Assembly (NCBI GenBank): GCA_963663385.2
Contig: CAXXXD010000002.1
Coordinates: 512,001-576,000, forward strand
Origin: Oceanispirochaeta sp.
GTDB lineage: Bacteria > Spirochaetota > Spirochaetia > DSM-2461
DNA length: 64,000 nucleotides
Direction of reading: 5' to 3'
Below are positions 27,106 through 36,066 of the stretch, piece after piece (positions within the stretch are counted from its first letter, which is position 1; each line of letters begins with the position of its first letter). The notes beneath the pieces are model-generated. The model was given only the letters and a program-made list of their open reading frames with translations. It made no database searches and was not told where the DNA came from. The position numbers were made by a program, and so were the translations under genes.

Positions 27106-28446
27106 ATGAATAAAACTATAAAGATTCTTTTTTCTCTTCTGATTATGGCTGCTTTGGTGATGACCGGATGTAATGTCGGTAGTTTTTCACCTGAAATCGG
27201 AGGGGAAGACGACGTAATAGCAAGTATTGCTACTAATACGAATGGATTAAGTACAACTAATCTGGTTGTTGGTACTGCAACTGGTACCCTGTCAAATACA
27301 ACCGGTCAGGTAATAACTATCACCTTTACTGGGATTGTAGATGTATCAGGAACAACAATTCCCGGACTGTCCATTACCAATATGGGTACCATTACCGGTG
27401 CAACAGCTGGTGTAGCTAAATCTCAGGGATCGGCTCTGACTTATACTGCTGAAGTCTTCCAGACAGGAGCCAACTCTTCTACTGCTTATTTGACTCTGGA
27501 CTGTACCAGTGCGACAAGCTGGATTGAGCTGATTATCGATGCCGGTTCCGTAACTGGTAACGGCGGAACCATTCATTTGTCATCCGGTGATGATGAGATC
27601 CCCGGTGAAGACGAAGATGATTATATCAAAGAGTTTGCTGTAACCGGCGGTACACCAGTAACCAATGACGGTACTGTAAGGGATCCTGATGCAACCGTTA
27701 CGATAACTCCTCTTGCAATGGGTGTTAATGAAATCACTACTACTGTAACAGATACTGTTAATACCCATGATTTTGCATTGGCTACTCTCAGCTCTGCTGT
27801 AAGTGTTTATTCATTTTCAAATGGAGCCTATACATTATTTACCCATACACCTGCTTTCAATACGACCACCGGTGTATACTCCATCCCCGCGACAACAACC
27901 GGTAATCAGCTCTATAAAATCTACTGGAATGAATATGATATTGTAGAGAATGCTGCCAAGAATGGTTATTTTCACAGAGTCAGTTTTGATCAGCTTGATG
28001 ATGATAACCTGAGTGATAATTCTGCCATTCTTTCTGTTGGAACTTTCAGGTCATTTAATAATTCTGCCCAGTCATTTGCCGGTCAGCCTACTATTACTAT
28101 TGACAGTAATGGTGGTTATATCAATATGGCTCAGATTACTGCAGCCAATGTCTCTGTAAAGGTATTTGTAGATACAGGTAACGATGGTCAGATTGATAAT
28201 CCTAATTCAGACTGGGTGTATGATGTAGATTTTACAGTACGGAAAGTTGATGATGATACTTTTATGCTGTATCTGCCTGCAGAGATCGGTATTGATGGTG
28301 ACTGGTCTTACGTTGTAACTATTCAGCCTGTAATTCAGGATCTTGGTGCTACCTATCCCACAACTCCTGCAGACACAACAGATGACTACATGCATGTCTC
28401 CACAACTTCGGAAGATGGTGCATTTGTTCTGACAGGTAACTTCTAA
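27106..28446 (+). CDS. Thr-rich surface lipoprotein, unknown function
   Basis: AGGAG RBS, signal peptide ending VMTGC, beta-rich Thr/Gly/Asp composition. Confidence 0.8.
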   Translation: MNKTIKILFSLLIMAALVMTGCNVGSFSPEIGGEDDVIASIATNTNGLSTTNLVVGTATGTLSNTTGQVITITFTGIVDVSGTTIPGLSITNMGTITGATAGVAKSQGSALTYTAEVFQTGANSSTAYLTLDCTSATSWIELIIDAGSVTGNGGTIHLSSGDDEIPGEDEDDYIKEFAVTGGTPVTNDGTVRDPDATVTITPLAMGVNEITTTVTDTVNTHDFALATLSSAVSVYSFSNGAYTLFTHTPAFNTTTGVYSIPATTTGNQLYKIYWNEYDIVENAAKNGYFHRVSFDQLDDDNLSDNSAILSVGTFRSFNNSAQSFAGQPTITIDSNGGYINMAQITAANVSVKVFVDTGNDGQIDNPNSDWVYDVDFTVRKVDDDTFMLYLPAEIGIDGDWSYVVTIQPVIQDLGATYPTTPADTTDDYMHVSTTSEDGAFVLTGNF

Positions 28447-28469
28447 GTTCATTTTATAGCTACTTGTTT

Positions 28470-28506
28470 GGACTGCCCCAAAGGGGCGGGGCAGTCCTTT
28501 GTTTTG
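28470..28506 (+). terminator. Intrinsic terminator
   Basis: ggactgcccc...ggggcagtcc followed by tttgtttt. Confidence 0.75.
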
Positions 28507-28650
28507 ATAAACCCGAAACCGGACGGCACCAGCCGCCCGGTTTTTTAAATTCACCCGGAGTAACTGAATACCCCCATTTTCAGTTTCAGGATAGCTTTTT
28601 CTTTGTATAGGAATTACAATAAACCAATATAAATAGAAAAAGGTTTCATC

Positions 28651-29427
28651 ATGAATAGAATAAGTGATCCGGCCCCTTTCGACCTCCATCCCGTTCCAAA
28701 TGCAGCATTAAGCTCCCTGTCCAAGCTGATTTTTGAAAATGAATACCTGCCCAAGGCTTTTGCCTATGATGTACTGGAAGCGAACGGGCGTTCCTATGAG
28801 TAACGATTGGCCTCCTGTCAGTTTATTACTTCACCGGATGAACCGGTTCCGACTGTATCGGGTCTTTTGACTCTGGGACTGAGTCCTCAGGATTACCTTC
28901 CAGACTCTGCCGTACAATTTTTGAGGATTGACGGAAACGAACTGGCCGACCCGGTACTGGATGAGCAGCTTATTACGGGAACCATTCCGGAAATCCTGCG
29001 GAAAACCGAAGAAAAGCTGATGGCCCATAACAGAACGGCCGTTGATATAACCAGCTCTCCCGTTCATAAACGGAGCATGCCTTATCCTCCGGCTGCGTTT
29101 CAGCAGATACTATACAATGCCGTACTGCACCGCAGTTACGAACGGACGAATGCTCCCGTCAGGGTGTACAGGTTTTCTGACAGAATAGAAATAAGCAGTC
29201 CGGGAGGCCCTTTTGGCAATGTTACTGCCGAAAACTTTGGAAATCCCGGAATTACAGACTATCGGAACCCTAATATGGCTGCTGTTCTGAAAAACTACGG
29301 GTATATTCAGGCCTTCGGCAGAGGGCTTGCCGTAGCGGAAAAAGCCCTGAAGGATAATGGAAATCCTCCCCTGGAATTTGATGTGAACCCAAGCGCTGTA
29401 GTGTGTACTCTCAAGAGGCCTCTCTGA
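28651..29427 (+). pseudogene. Disrupted ATP-binding 'transcriptional regulator' (HATPase_c_4 / RecG-C-like), 5'-truncated with an internal stop
   Basis: Frame from ATG 28651 reads ...LEANGRSYE*(TAA 28801-28803)RLASC... and continues in frame to NAVLHRSY, DRIEISSPGG, YRNP, FGRG. Confidence 0.8.
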
Positions 29428-30083
29428 TGGCTGTACCCGTATTTACGCTTTTTTACAACAAAGGCGGAGTGGGTAAAGCATCCCTTCTCTACTACCTGTC
29501 CTGGATGTATGCCGAACTGGGAAAGAAGGTTGTGGTGGCAGACCTCGATTCTCAGGCAAATCTGACAGATGCTTTCCTTGAGGAAGAAAAATAGACAAAT
29601 ATCTGGAAAGAGTCTCCCGAATCCGGGTCTCACCTCGAATTCAAACTTCCCTCAGCGGAAATGAAATCCCTGGGTTATCTGTGTCAGCAGCACAGTGTCC
29701 GATTTGACCGCCCTGTTAAAGCCTATGACCGCTGGGTAAACAGAATCCCTTCTGTTTATCGACAGGCTGTACTGAATGAAACAAATCCTCCGATTATAGA
29801 AATGGCCGATGATCCCTTCTGCCTTGCTACGATCAGGCACTACAGGAGTCTTGTCCCCATGGCTCAGGAATTCCGCAAGCCCATATTTCATCTGACCGCA
29901 GCGGACGGAGCCATTGGGAGTCATGCCAATGCTGTTAGGGACGCCGCCCGTGATTTTCGCAATCTGGCACTGAAAATTTCTTCCCTGATGGAGGAATCTG
30001 TTAAAGAGAATTTCAATCAGGTCCTGAACAAAATAAAGGAAAACTCTAATACCGAAGATCTCCCTGACTGGGATAAAATCTGA
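29427..30083 (+). pseudogene. ParA-family ATPase remnant (nonsense stop plus large internal deletion)
   Basis: NKGGVGKA Walker A and ADLDSQANLT, TAG at 29592-29594, then only a C-terminal piece (YRSLVPMAQEFRKPIFHLTAADGAIGSH). The central region is missing. Confidence 0.8.
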
Positions 30084-30087
30084 TAAT

Positions 30088-30126
30088 TTATAGCAACCAC
30101 TGTTACTGTAACAACGGTTGCTATAA
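30088..30126. terminator. Long hairpin between convergent genes (probable bidirectional terminator)
   Basis: ttatagcaacc-ac-tgttac-t-gtaaca-ac-ggttgctataa. Confidence 0.6.
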
Positions 30127-30166
30127 TGTGAAGAACATCCAATGAAAAATAAATAATCCGTATTTT

Positions 30167-30409
30167 TTATTGCGAATCCTGAATGATCTCGTATTCACTA
30201 ATATCTACATAATCATCCCAGCTTAATCCGTGACCACCGACATCAACGTGGACATTTTTAAAGAAGCTATTATCTTTTAACTTTTGAAAGTGTTCATTTC
30301 TATTAATGACTTTATGACAATCGAATAATTTGGTCTGACCGTCCGAAAACTCGACATTAAGTATAAGATTATCCTTTGGAAGCACATTTATAATCTTTGG
30401 TATTATCAT
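30167..30409 (-). CDS. DUF2442 domain protein (putative antitoxin)
   Basis: 80 aa, LNVEFSDG..KLFD, F..V.VD.GGHGLSWDD.VDI; coupled to the DUF4160 gene. Confidence 0.82.
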   Translation of the reverse strand: MIIPKIINVLPKDNLILNVEFSDGQTKLFDCHKVINRNEHFQKLKDNSFFKNVHVDVGGHGLSWDDYVDISEYEIIQDSQ

Positions 30410-30657
30410 TATTCTAACCCAGGTAATTTAATAAATTCTTTTGTTTTCCACATTTTCTTAAGTTCCGGTTTATAATCTTCAGCCCATTCTTTTATGAGTT
30501 TAATGGCCTTTCCCGGCAAATCACCTTCCAGCATTTCTAAAGAATCCAAATCAAAAATTCCATTATATTCATTATATATTGCGTGAAAATGAGGTGGCAG
30601 ATGATCGTTAAAATACATCTTGATCAAGATTCCATAGAATATTGTTATTACTGGCAT
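30409..30657 (-). CDS. DUF4160 domain protein (putative toxin)
   Basis: MPVITIFYGILIKMYFNDHLPPHFHAIY...EGDLP...EWA...ELKKMW; GGAG RBS. Confidence 0.85.
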   Translation of the reverse strand: MPVITIFYGILIKMYFNDHLPPHFHAIYNEYNGIFDLDSLEMLEGDLPGKAIKLIKEWAEDYKPELKKMWKTKEFIKLPGLE

Positions 30658-30782
30658 ATTTGCTCCTATAATCATTATACAGTTACTATAAAATATCATC
30701 AAATCCATTTAACCTGAATTCAGGTAATCAAATACTGTAAATGTTGATTGCTTTAATGGATTTTGTATTTATAAAAAAAGAA

Positions 30783-30856
30783 CCCTCTCCTCGTGGGAGA
30801 GGCCGTATGCCAGCCTGAGCAACAAACGAAGTTTGTGACCAAGGGCAGGGTGAGGG
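30783..30856. repeat. Interrupted REP-like hairpin variant
   Basis: cctctcc-tcgtg-ggagagg hairpin separated from its agggcagggtgaggg tail by ~40 bp. Confidence 0.5.
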
Positions 30857-30898
30857 TTGGCCTGAAGACCTCGACACTATACGATAGAAGCAAGACCA

Positions 30899-30934
30899 TT
30901 TCCCCCTCCCCGAGGAGGGGGCCAGGGGGAGGTC
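30899..30934. repeat. Solitary copy of the DUF559-array right-hand hairpin motif
   Basis: tttccccctccccgaggagggggccagggggaggtc is identical over 36 bp to the ends of R2 and R3 and overlaps the stop codon of the adjacent gene. Confidence 0.92.
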
Positions 30935-33407
30935 ACAGAAACAGACTCGCCTGAGCGTCATCCGCCGCACTGAGAAAGGAGGCCACGCCGCCCACTTCCA
31001 CGCCGTCGATCAGCTCCTCTTCCTTTATACCCATTACATCCAGAGTCATCTGACAGGCTACGATGCGCACACCGTTTTTCATGGCCTTCTGCATCAGTTC
31101 CTCCAGGCTGTCCACGCCAAGGGCCTTCATGCGGGCCTTCATCATGGCCGCGCCCATACCGCCCATATTCATTTTGGACAATCCCAGTCTGCCGGCGTGG
31201 TTCGGCAGCATCATGCCGAACATTCTGCCCATAAAGTCCTTTTTCACCCGTCCGGGTTTTTTCTTTCTCAGGATGGAAAGTCCCCAGAAGGTGAAGAACA
31301 GGGTCACTTCCTTGCCGGCCGAGGCGGCGCCGTTGGCAATAATGAAGGAGGCCAGGGCCTTGTCCATATCGTTGGAAAAAACGATCATGCTGGTCCCTTT
31401 CTGGGGGACGTTGGCAGTTTTCGCCGCTCCTGCCGCGCCGCCCTTTTTAATAACTGCTTCCACCTTGGCGCCCTTCTGGTCCACTGAAAGGACCGTATTG
31501 CCCGTCATCTTGGCCCAGGCGTAAACATCCGTGGCAAACCCCGGGTCAGTGGCTACTTCGCGGATCGCTTCGCCCGGGAGGATTTTGTCCATCTCCTCCT
31601 TCAGCTTCATAACAGGACCGGGGCACTGCAGGCCGCAGGCATCCACCTGAATGGTTTTAATATCGCCCGCCGCGGGGTGAACCGTATGGGCATTTTCCGC
31701 CTGGTAGATCATATCATCGTTACCGATAATATCCCGGCTGAAAATATCTTCGTTGCTCTGCTTCTGGGTGGACATATTGTATGTTTTAAGACCGCCGGAA
31801 AGATTGTACACTTCCTCAAGGCCGTTCATCCGGAGGATGCGTTCGGCAAAGTAGGCTCTTTTTCCCACACCGCAGAAGACAATAATCTTCCTGTCCCGGG
31901 GTACCTCTTCGATTCGGTCCCTCAGATCATCCAGGGGTATATTCATTGCGCCGTCCATGGTATCGATACCGAATTCTTCTGGCGTTCTTACGTCAAGAAA
32001 AAACCGTTCATCCGCGGGGATCTCTGCCACCTGATTCCATCTGATATGCCGGGAGGAACCGTTCAGAATATTCTCGGCGATAAACCCGGCGATATTGACA
32101 GGGTCTTTGGCGGACGAGAAGGGAGGCGCGTAGGCGTGTTCAATCTCCTGCAGATCGTCTATTGTACCGGCATTTCCGAGAATAACCGCAAAAAGGTCTA
32201 TCCGTTTGTCCACGCCGTCGTAACCGACAATCTGGGCGCCAAGGAGTTTTCTCTCCTTATTAAAGATAATTTTTATGGTCATGGGATTGGCATCGGGGTA
32301 GTAGCCGGCATGGCTTCCTGCATGCATTACCAGGGTTTCATACTCCTTCCCCGCTCTCTGGAGCTGTTTTTCCGAAAGACCCGTTGAGGCAACAGTCAGG
32401 TCGAAGACCTTGGCGATCCCCGTGGCGATGGTTCCCCGGTATATCCGTTTGTCCCCGTTTATAATGTTGTCGGCCACAATCCGGCCCTGTTTATTGGCCG
32501 GTCCGGCCAGGGGCACTTTAAGGGCATCACCCGTAATGGGATTGGGGAATTCAGTGGCATCTCCCAGGGCATAGATGTCCTTATCGCTGGTCCGCAGCCG
32601 GGGATCGATCACAATCGCCCCGGTGGAGCCGATTTCCAGGTCAGCCTCTTTTGCCAGCTTGATATCCGGCTTCACGCCGATGGAGAGGATCACCAGATCC
32701 GCTTCTATCTCCCGGCCGCTCTGCAGGGCTATATTGACACCGTCGGCTGTATCTTTAAAAGAGGATACCCCGTCTTTCAGATAGAACTCCACACCCTTGA
32801 CCTTCAGGTGCTGGTGTACTTCCGCGGCCATCTCGTAGTCCAGGATATTCATAACCTGATCCGCCGCTTCCACAATGGTAACAAAGACACCCAGATGGTG
32901 AAGATTTTCCGCCATTTCCAGCCCGATAAATCCGGCTCCGATAATAACGGCCCGCCGGGGTTTCTTTTCTTCGATAAAAGACTTGATCCGGTCCGTATCG
33001 GGAACATTCCTCAGGGTAAAGATCTTATCCGAGCTGATACCGGGGATACCGGGACGGAGAGGCTCTGCTCCGGGGGAGAGGACCAGTTTGTCGTAGGAGT
33101 CTTCAAATTCCTCACCTGTTTCCAGATTTTTTACGGATAAAGATTTTCTGTCCCTGTTGATAGCGGTCACTTCGTGCAGGACTTTGACATCCACATTAAG
33201 GAGACCCTTGAAGCTCTCGGGAGTCTGAACAAAAAGCCTGTCCCTTTCGGGGATAGTCCCTCCGATATAGTAGGGGAGGCCGCAGTTGGCATAACTGATA
33301 TATTCGCCTCTTTCATAAATGGTAATATCCGCTTTTTCATCCAGCCGTCTCAGTCTGGCCGCTGTGGTGGCGCCGCCGGCTACACCGCCTATAATCAGTA
33401 CTTTCAT
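30933..33407 (-). CDS. CoA-disulfide reductase - rhodanese - TusA - DsrE/DsrF fusion protein
   Basis: GGVAGG, SYANCGLPY, GAGFIG, HAGYYP, YAPPFS; rhodanese FCGVGKR; TusA DACGLQCPGP; DsrE FFTFWGL and ACQMT. Confidence 0.92.
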   Translation of the reverse strand: MKVLIIGGVAGGATTAARLRRLDEKADITIYERGEYISYANCGLPYYIGGTIPERDRLFVQTPESFKGLLNVDVKVLHEVTAINRDRKSLSVKNLETGEEFEDSYDKLVLSPGAEPLRPGIPGISSDKIFTLRNVPDTDRIKSFIEEKKPRRAVIIGAGFIGLEMAENLHHLGVFVTIVEAADQVMNILDYEMAAEVHQHLKVKGVEFYLKDGVSSFKDTADGVNIALQSGREIEADLVILSIGVKPDIKLAKEADLEIGSTGAIVIDPRLRTSDKDIYALGDATEFPNPITGDALKVPLAGPANKQGRIVADNIINGDKRIYRGTIATGIAKVFDLTVASTGLSEKQLQRAGKEYETLVMHAGSHAGYYPDANPMTIKIIFNKERKLLGAQIVGYDGVDKRIDLFAVILGNAGTIDDLQEIEHAYAPPFSSAKDPVNIAGFIAENILNGSSRHIRWNQVAEIPADERFFLDVRTPEEFGIDTMDGAMNIPLDDLRDRIEEVPRDRKIIVFCGVGKRAYFAERILRMNGLEEVYNLSGGLKTYNMSTQKQSNEDIFSRDIIGNDDMIYQAENAHTVHPAAGDIKTIQVDACGLQCPGPVMKLKEEMDKILPGEAIREVATDPGFATDVYAWAKMTGNTVLSVDQKGAKVEAVIKKGGAAGAAKTANVPQKGTSMIVFSNDMDKALASFIIANGAASAGKEVTLFFTFWGLSILRKKKPGRVKKDFMGRMFGMMLPNHAGRLGLSKMNMGGMGAAMMKARMKALGVDSLEELMQKAMKNGVRIVACQMTLDVMGIKEEELIDGVEVGGVASFLSAADDAQASLFL

Positions 33408-33572
33408 CGATAAGCCTCCCTGGTATCGAAATAATTCTAAAATCAAGAAAAATATATAGATAATAATTTAATTATATTGAAAATGCTATATAAGTCAATG
33501 TTTATCTTCATATTATGGAATCCATTATTTCCTTAATATCGTTACATCAGGAGATAAATGCTTACTCAAAGA

Positions 33573-34361
33573 TTAAATCAGATTCAGATCGTTGGCAAAT
33601 TTAAGGGCTTCCGCTGTATTGGAGGTTTGAGTTTTGGCAAGAATTTTCTGTCTGTGATTATTCACGGTACAGACACTGATTCCCAGGTAATCTGCTATAT
33701 CCCTGCTAGGATAACCACGGGAAATAAATCCGAGAATTTCCAGTTCCCGGGGTGTTAAAGGTGAATCTGCCTTAGCTTCTTCTGGTGCAAAGAGAACACG
33801 TTTTCCCGTATCCATATCTTCCATATACCGTCTGGCTGGAACATTCATATCACTGAGAGGAGATACATCTGTTACTATCAGGACCAGCCAGATGTTTCCC
33901 CGCTGATCGAGTTCCAGGATGACAAGCTGTTGGATGAGCCTGATCCAGGTGTTATCTGCCCGCCTGATCCGAAAATCCACACAGGTTTTATAACGCTGTC
34001 GATCCTTAACCGGTTGTGCAGATAAAAAACGGAAGGCAGAACTGCTTGTCTGCTGGAAACAGGCAATATCGTAAGAATTCATTAATTCAAGAAAGAAGTC
34101 GATTCCGGCTTTTTGAGCATCCTCCGGATTAAACCCCAACAGGAAGCGGAAACGGCTGGTGAGGAAAGGGTAGCTCATTGTCGACATATCAAACAGGGCT
34201 GCTGAACTCCCGTCAATTCTGTCCAGGCTCTTTAAAAGAGGCAGGTGATTGTTCAGGATGAATGGATCGGTATACAGAGGATCAATTCTGTACTTTTCCA
34301 GAGTCTTTCTATATTCAAAAGGCGTCATATCACTTCCAGAAGAATGATGATTTATCATCAT
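33573..34361 (-). CDS. PAS-like + LuxR HTH transcriptional regulator
   Basis: DFRIRRADNTWIRL PAC-like motif, LTPRELEIL...TVNNHRQKIL. Confidence 0.88.
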   Translation of the reverse strand: MMINHHSSGSDMTPFEYRKTLEKYRIDPLYTDPFILNNHLPLLKSLDRIDGSSAALFDMSTMSYPFLTSRFRFLLGFNPEDAQKAGIDFFLELMNSYDIACFQQTSSSAFRFLSAQPVKDRQRYKTCVDFRIRRADNTWIRLIQQLVILELDQRGNIWLVLIVTDVSPLSDMNVPARRYMEDMDTGKRVLFAPEEAKADSPLTPRELEILGFISRGYPSRDIADYLGISVCTVNNHRQKILAKTQTSNTAEALKFANDLNLI

Positions 34362-34422
34362 ACCAATGTTCTCTTTTTCAGTCTATTTTTTTATGTATAC
34401 CAATACCTTTAGGAGTTATTAT

Positions 34423-34866
34423 ATGAATAAAGATTTTAAAACCCTACAACTGTTTTACAGTGCAGCTCTTTCAGATGCCGCTTTTCACTATGGGGAACAC
34501 CGGATATTTGATGATGTGACTGAAAAAAAACGAATCAGTCAGAACTATATGGCAGAAACACAACTGAGAAATCTGAACATCTCCAGCCTGGAGGAGCTTT
34601 ATCAGCGGTTTAGTGAGATCTTCGGCTGTGCGGAATGGAATACTGATACCGAGGGGGATTCTGTTGCTGCAGAGAGTGCATCCTGTATGCTGTGCGGAAT
34701 TGCCAGAAAGCAGGGGGCGCCTCAGCCCTGTAGGCCCTTCTGTATCAACCCCTTTACCTCATATGCACAAGCATTGGGATATTCTCTGGACGTTAAGGAG
34801 ACTCTTTGGGATGGTGAGCGCTGTCTTTTTGTCAGCCGGAAGAGGAGCGAGGATCGTGAAGGCTGA
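34423..34866 (+). CDS. Hypothetical Cys-containing protein (V4R/ATC-hydrolase-like fold possible)
   Basis: AGGAG RBS, CMLC...PC..FCINP...TLWDG..C motif. Confidence 0.65.
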   Translation: MNKDFKTLQLFYSAALSDAAFHYGEHRIFDDVTEKKRISQNYMAETQLRNLNISSLEELYQRFSEIFGCAEWNTDTEGDSVAAESASCMLCGIARKQGAPQPCRPFCINPFTSYAQALGYSLDVKETLWDGERCLFVSRKRSEDREG

Positions 34867-34882
34867 AAGCAGGAGGATAAAA

Positions 34883-35950
34883 ATGATATGCAGTACTCTT
34901 GCCGTTCTGGTTCTGATTGGATTTTTATGGCTTCTGAATCTGTCCTATACACCAGCCATCAAAGGGGAGGAGGGTGGTATTGCCTTATGGGAAAAGGTTG
35001 AAATAGGGGGCGTCGGGCAGTGGATACTTATTCGCCGATCCGGGAGGGATAAACCGGTTCTGCTCTTTCTCCATGGGGGAGCCGGGTCCCCCGAAACGGG
35101 GCTGTTGAGACGGTATAATGCCGATCTTGAAAATCACTTTACCCTGGTTGTCTGGGAACAGCGCGGTGCAGGAAAAAGTTGTACTCGAGAGGCGGTTCAA
35201 TCTGAATTCAGTGTAGACCGTTTTGTAAAGGATACCCTGGAATTGACAGCTTATCTGAGGAAACGTTTTGGTCAGGATAAAATCTATCTTGTGGCGCACT
35301 CCTGGGGGACTATTCCCGGTATGCTGGCTTTGAAGGTTCATCCGGAATATTACGCAGGATATGTTGGTATGGGGCAATTCAGCAACGCCCCGGTAGGTGA
35401 GCGTCTATCCTATGAGTATGTGTTAAGGGAAGCTGAAAATCAGAGGAACACTAAAGCTCTTGATGAATTGAAATCAATTGGTGTGCCCGATGAGTCAGGA
35501 CAGTATAGGGGCGGGATAGGGTCTACAACGGTTCAGCGAAAGTGGCTTGCCGCATTTGGGGGGTTCTATCGCAGTGAAACCAGTCTTTTCCCCCTGTTTA
35601 TGAAAAATATTTTTGTACCTGAATATTCCATAACTGATGCTTTTCGTTTTGTAAGAGGGATGATGCTGAAAAAAAAGAATATCATGATGGAGAACGAAGT
35701 ATTTCATACGAACCTTTCTAATCAGGTTCGGCAGGTGGATGTTCCGGTTTTCTTTCTGCTGGGGCGTTATGATTACAATTGCCCTTCCATTCTGGCAGAG
35801 GAGTATTTTAATGAGCTGCTTGCCCCGAAAAAGCAACTGATCTGGTTTGAGAATTCCGCCCATTCTCCCTGTTTTGAAGAACCGGAAAAATTCAATCGTT
35901 TTATGGCTTCTTTACCGGAGTGTATCGAGAGGTCCTCTTTTCGCGAGTAA
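34883..35950 (+). CDS. Alpha/beta hydrolase (proline iminopeptidase-like), membrane-anchored
   Basis: LHGGAG, WEQRGAGKS, AHSWG nucleophile elbow, GRYD, FENSAH; AGGAGG RBS. Confidence 0.88.
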   Translation: MICSTLAVLVLIGFLWLLNLSYTPAIKGEEGGIALWEKVEIGGVGQWILIRRSGRDKPVLLFLHGGAGSPETGLLRRYNADLENHFTLVVWEQRGAGKSCTREAVQSEFSVDRFVKDTLELTAYLRKRFGQDKIYLVAHSWGTIPGMLALKVHPEYYAGYVGMGQFSNAPVGERLSYEYVLREAENQRNTKALDELKSIGVPDESGQYRGGIGSTTVQRKWLAAFGGFYRSETSLFPLFMKNIFVPEYSITDAFRFVRGMMLKKKNIMMENEVFHTNLSNQVRQVDVPVFFLLGRYDYNCPSILAEEYFNELLAPKKQLIWFENSAHSPCFEEPEKFNRFMASLPECIERSSFRE

Positions 35951-36066
35951 AATAGGTTTACTTAATCAATTTGTAACAAATGTTTACTGAATACTGGTGA
36001 ATTATCTGTATAATAAAAAAGACGGGAGAAGTGACAGATTCCGATTCCTTCCGTGTTAAGTAGTAA

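Noticed and set aside
30728..30970. 80-aa minus-strand ORF
   Set aside because: Translation of repeat-derived intergenic DNA overlapping the cdr stop.
35951..36066. Cobalamin riboswitch before the TonB receptor
   Set aside because: The region is short and lacks the GGGAA / GCCACTG B12-box elements.
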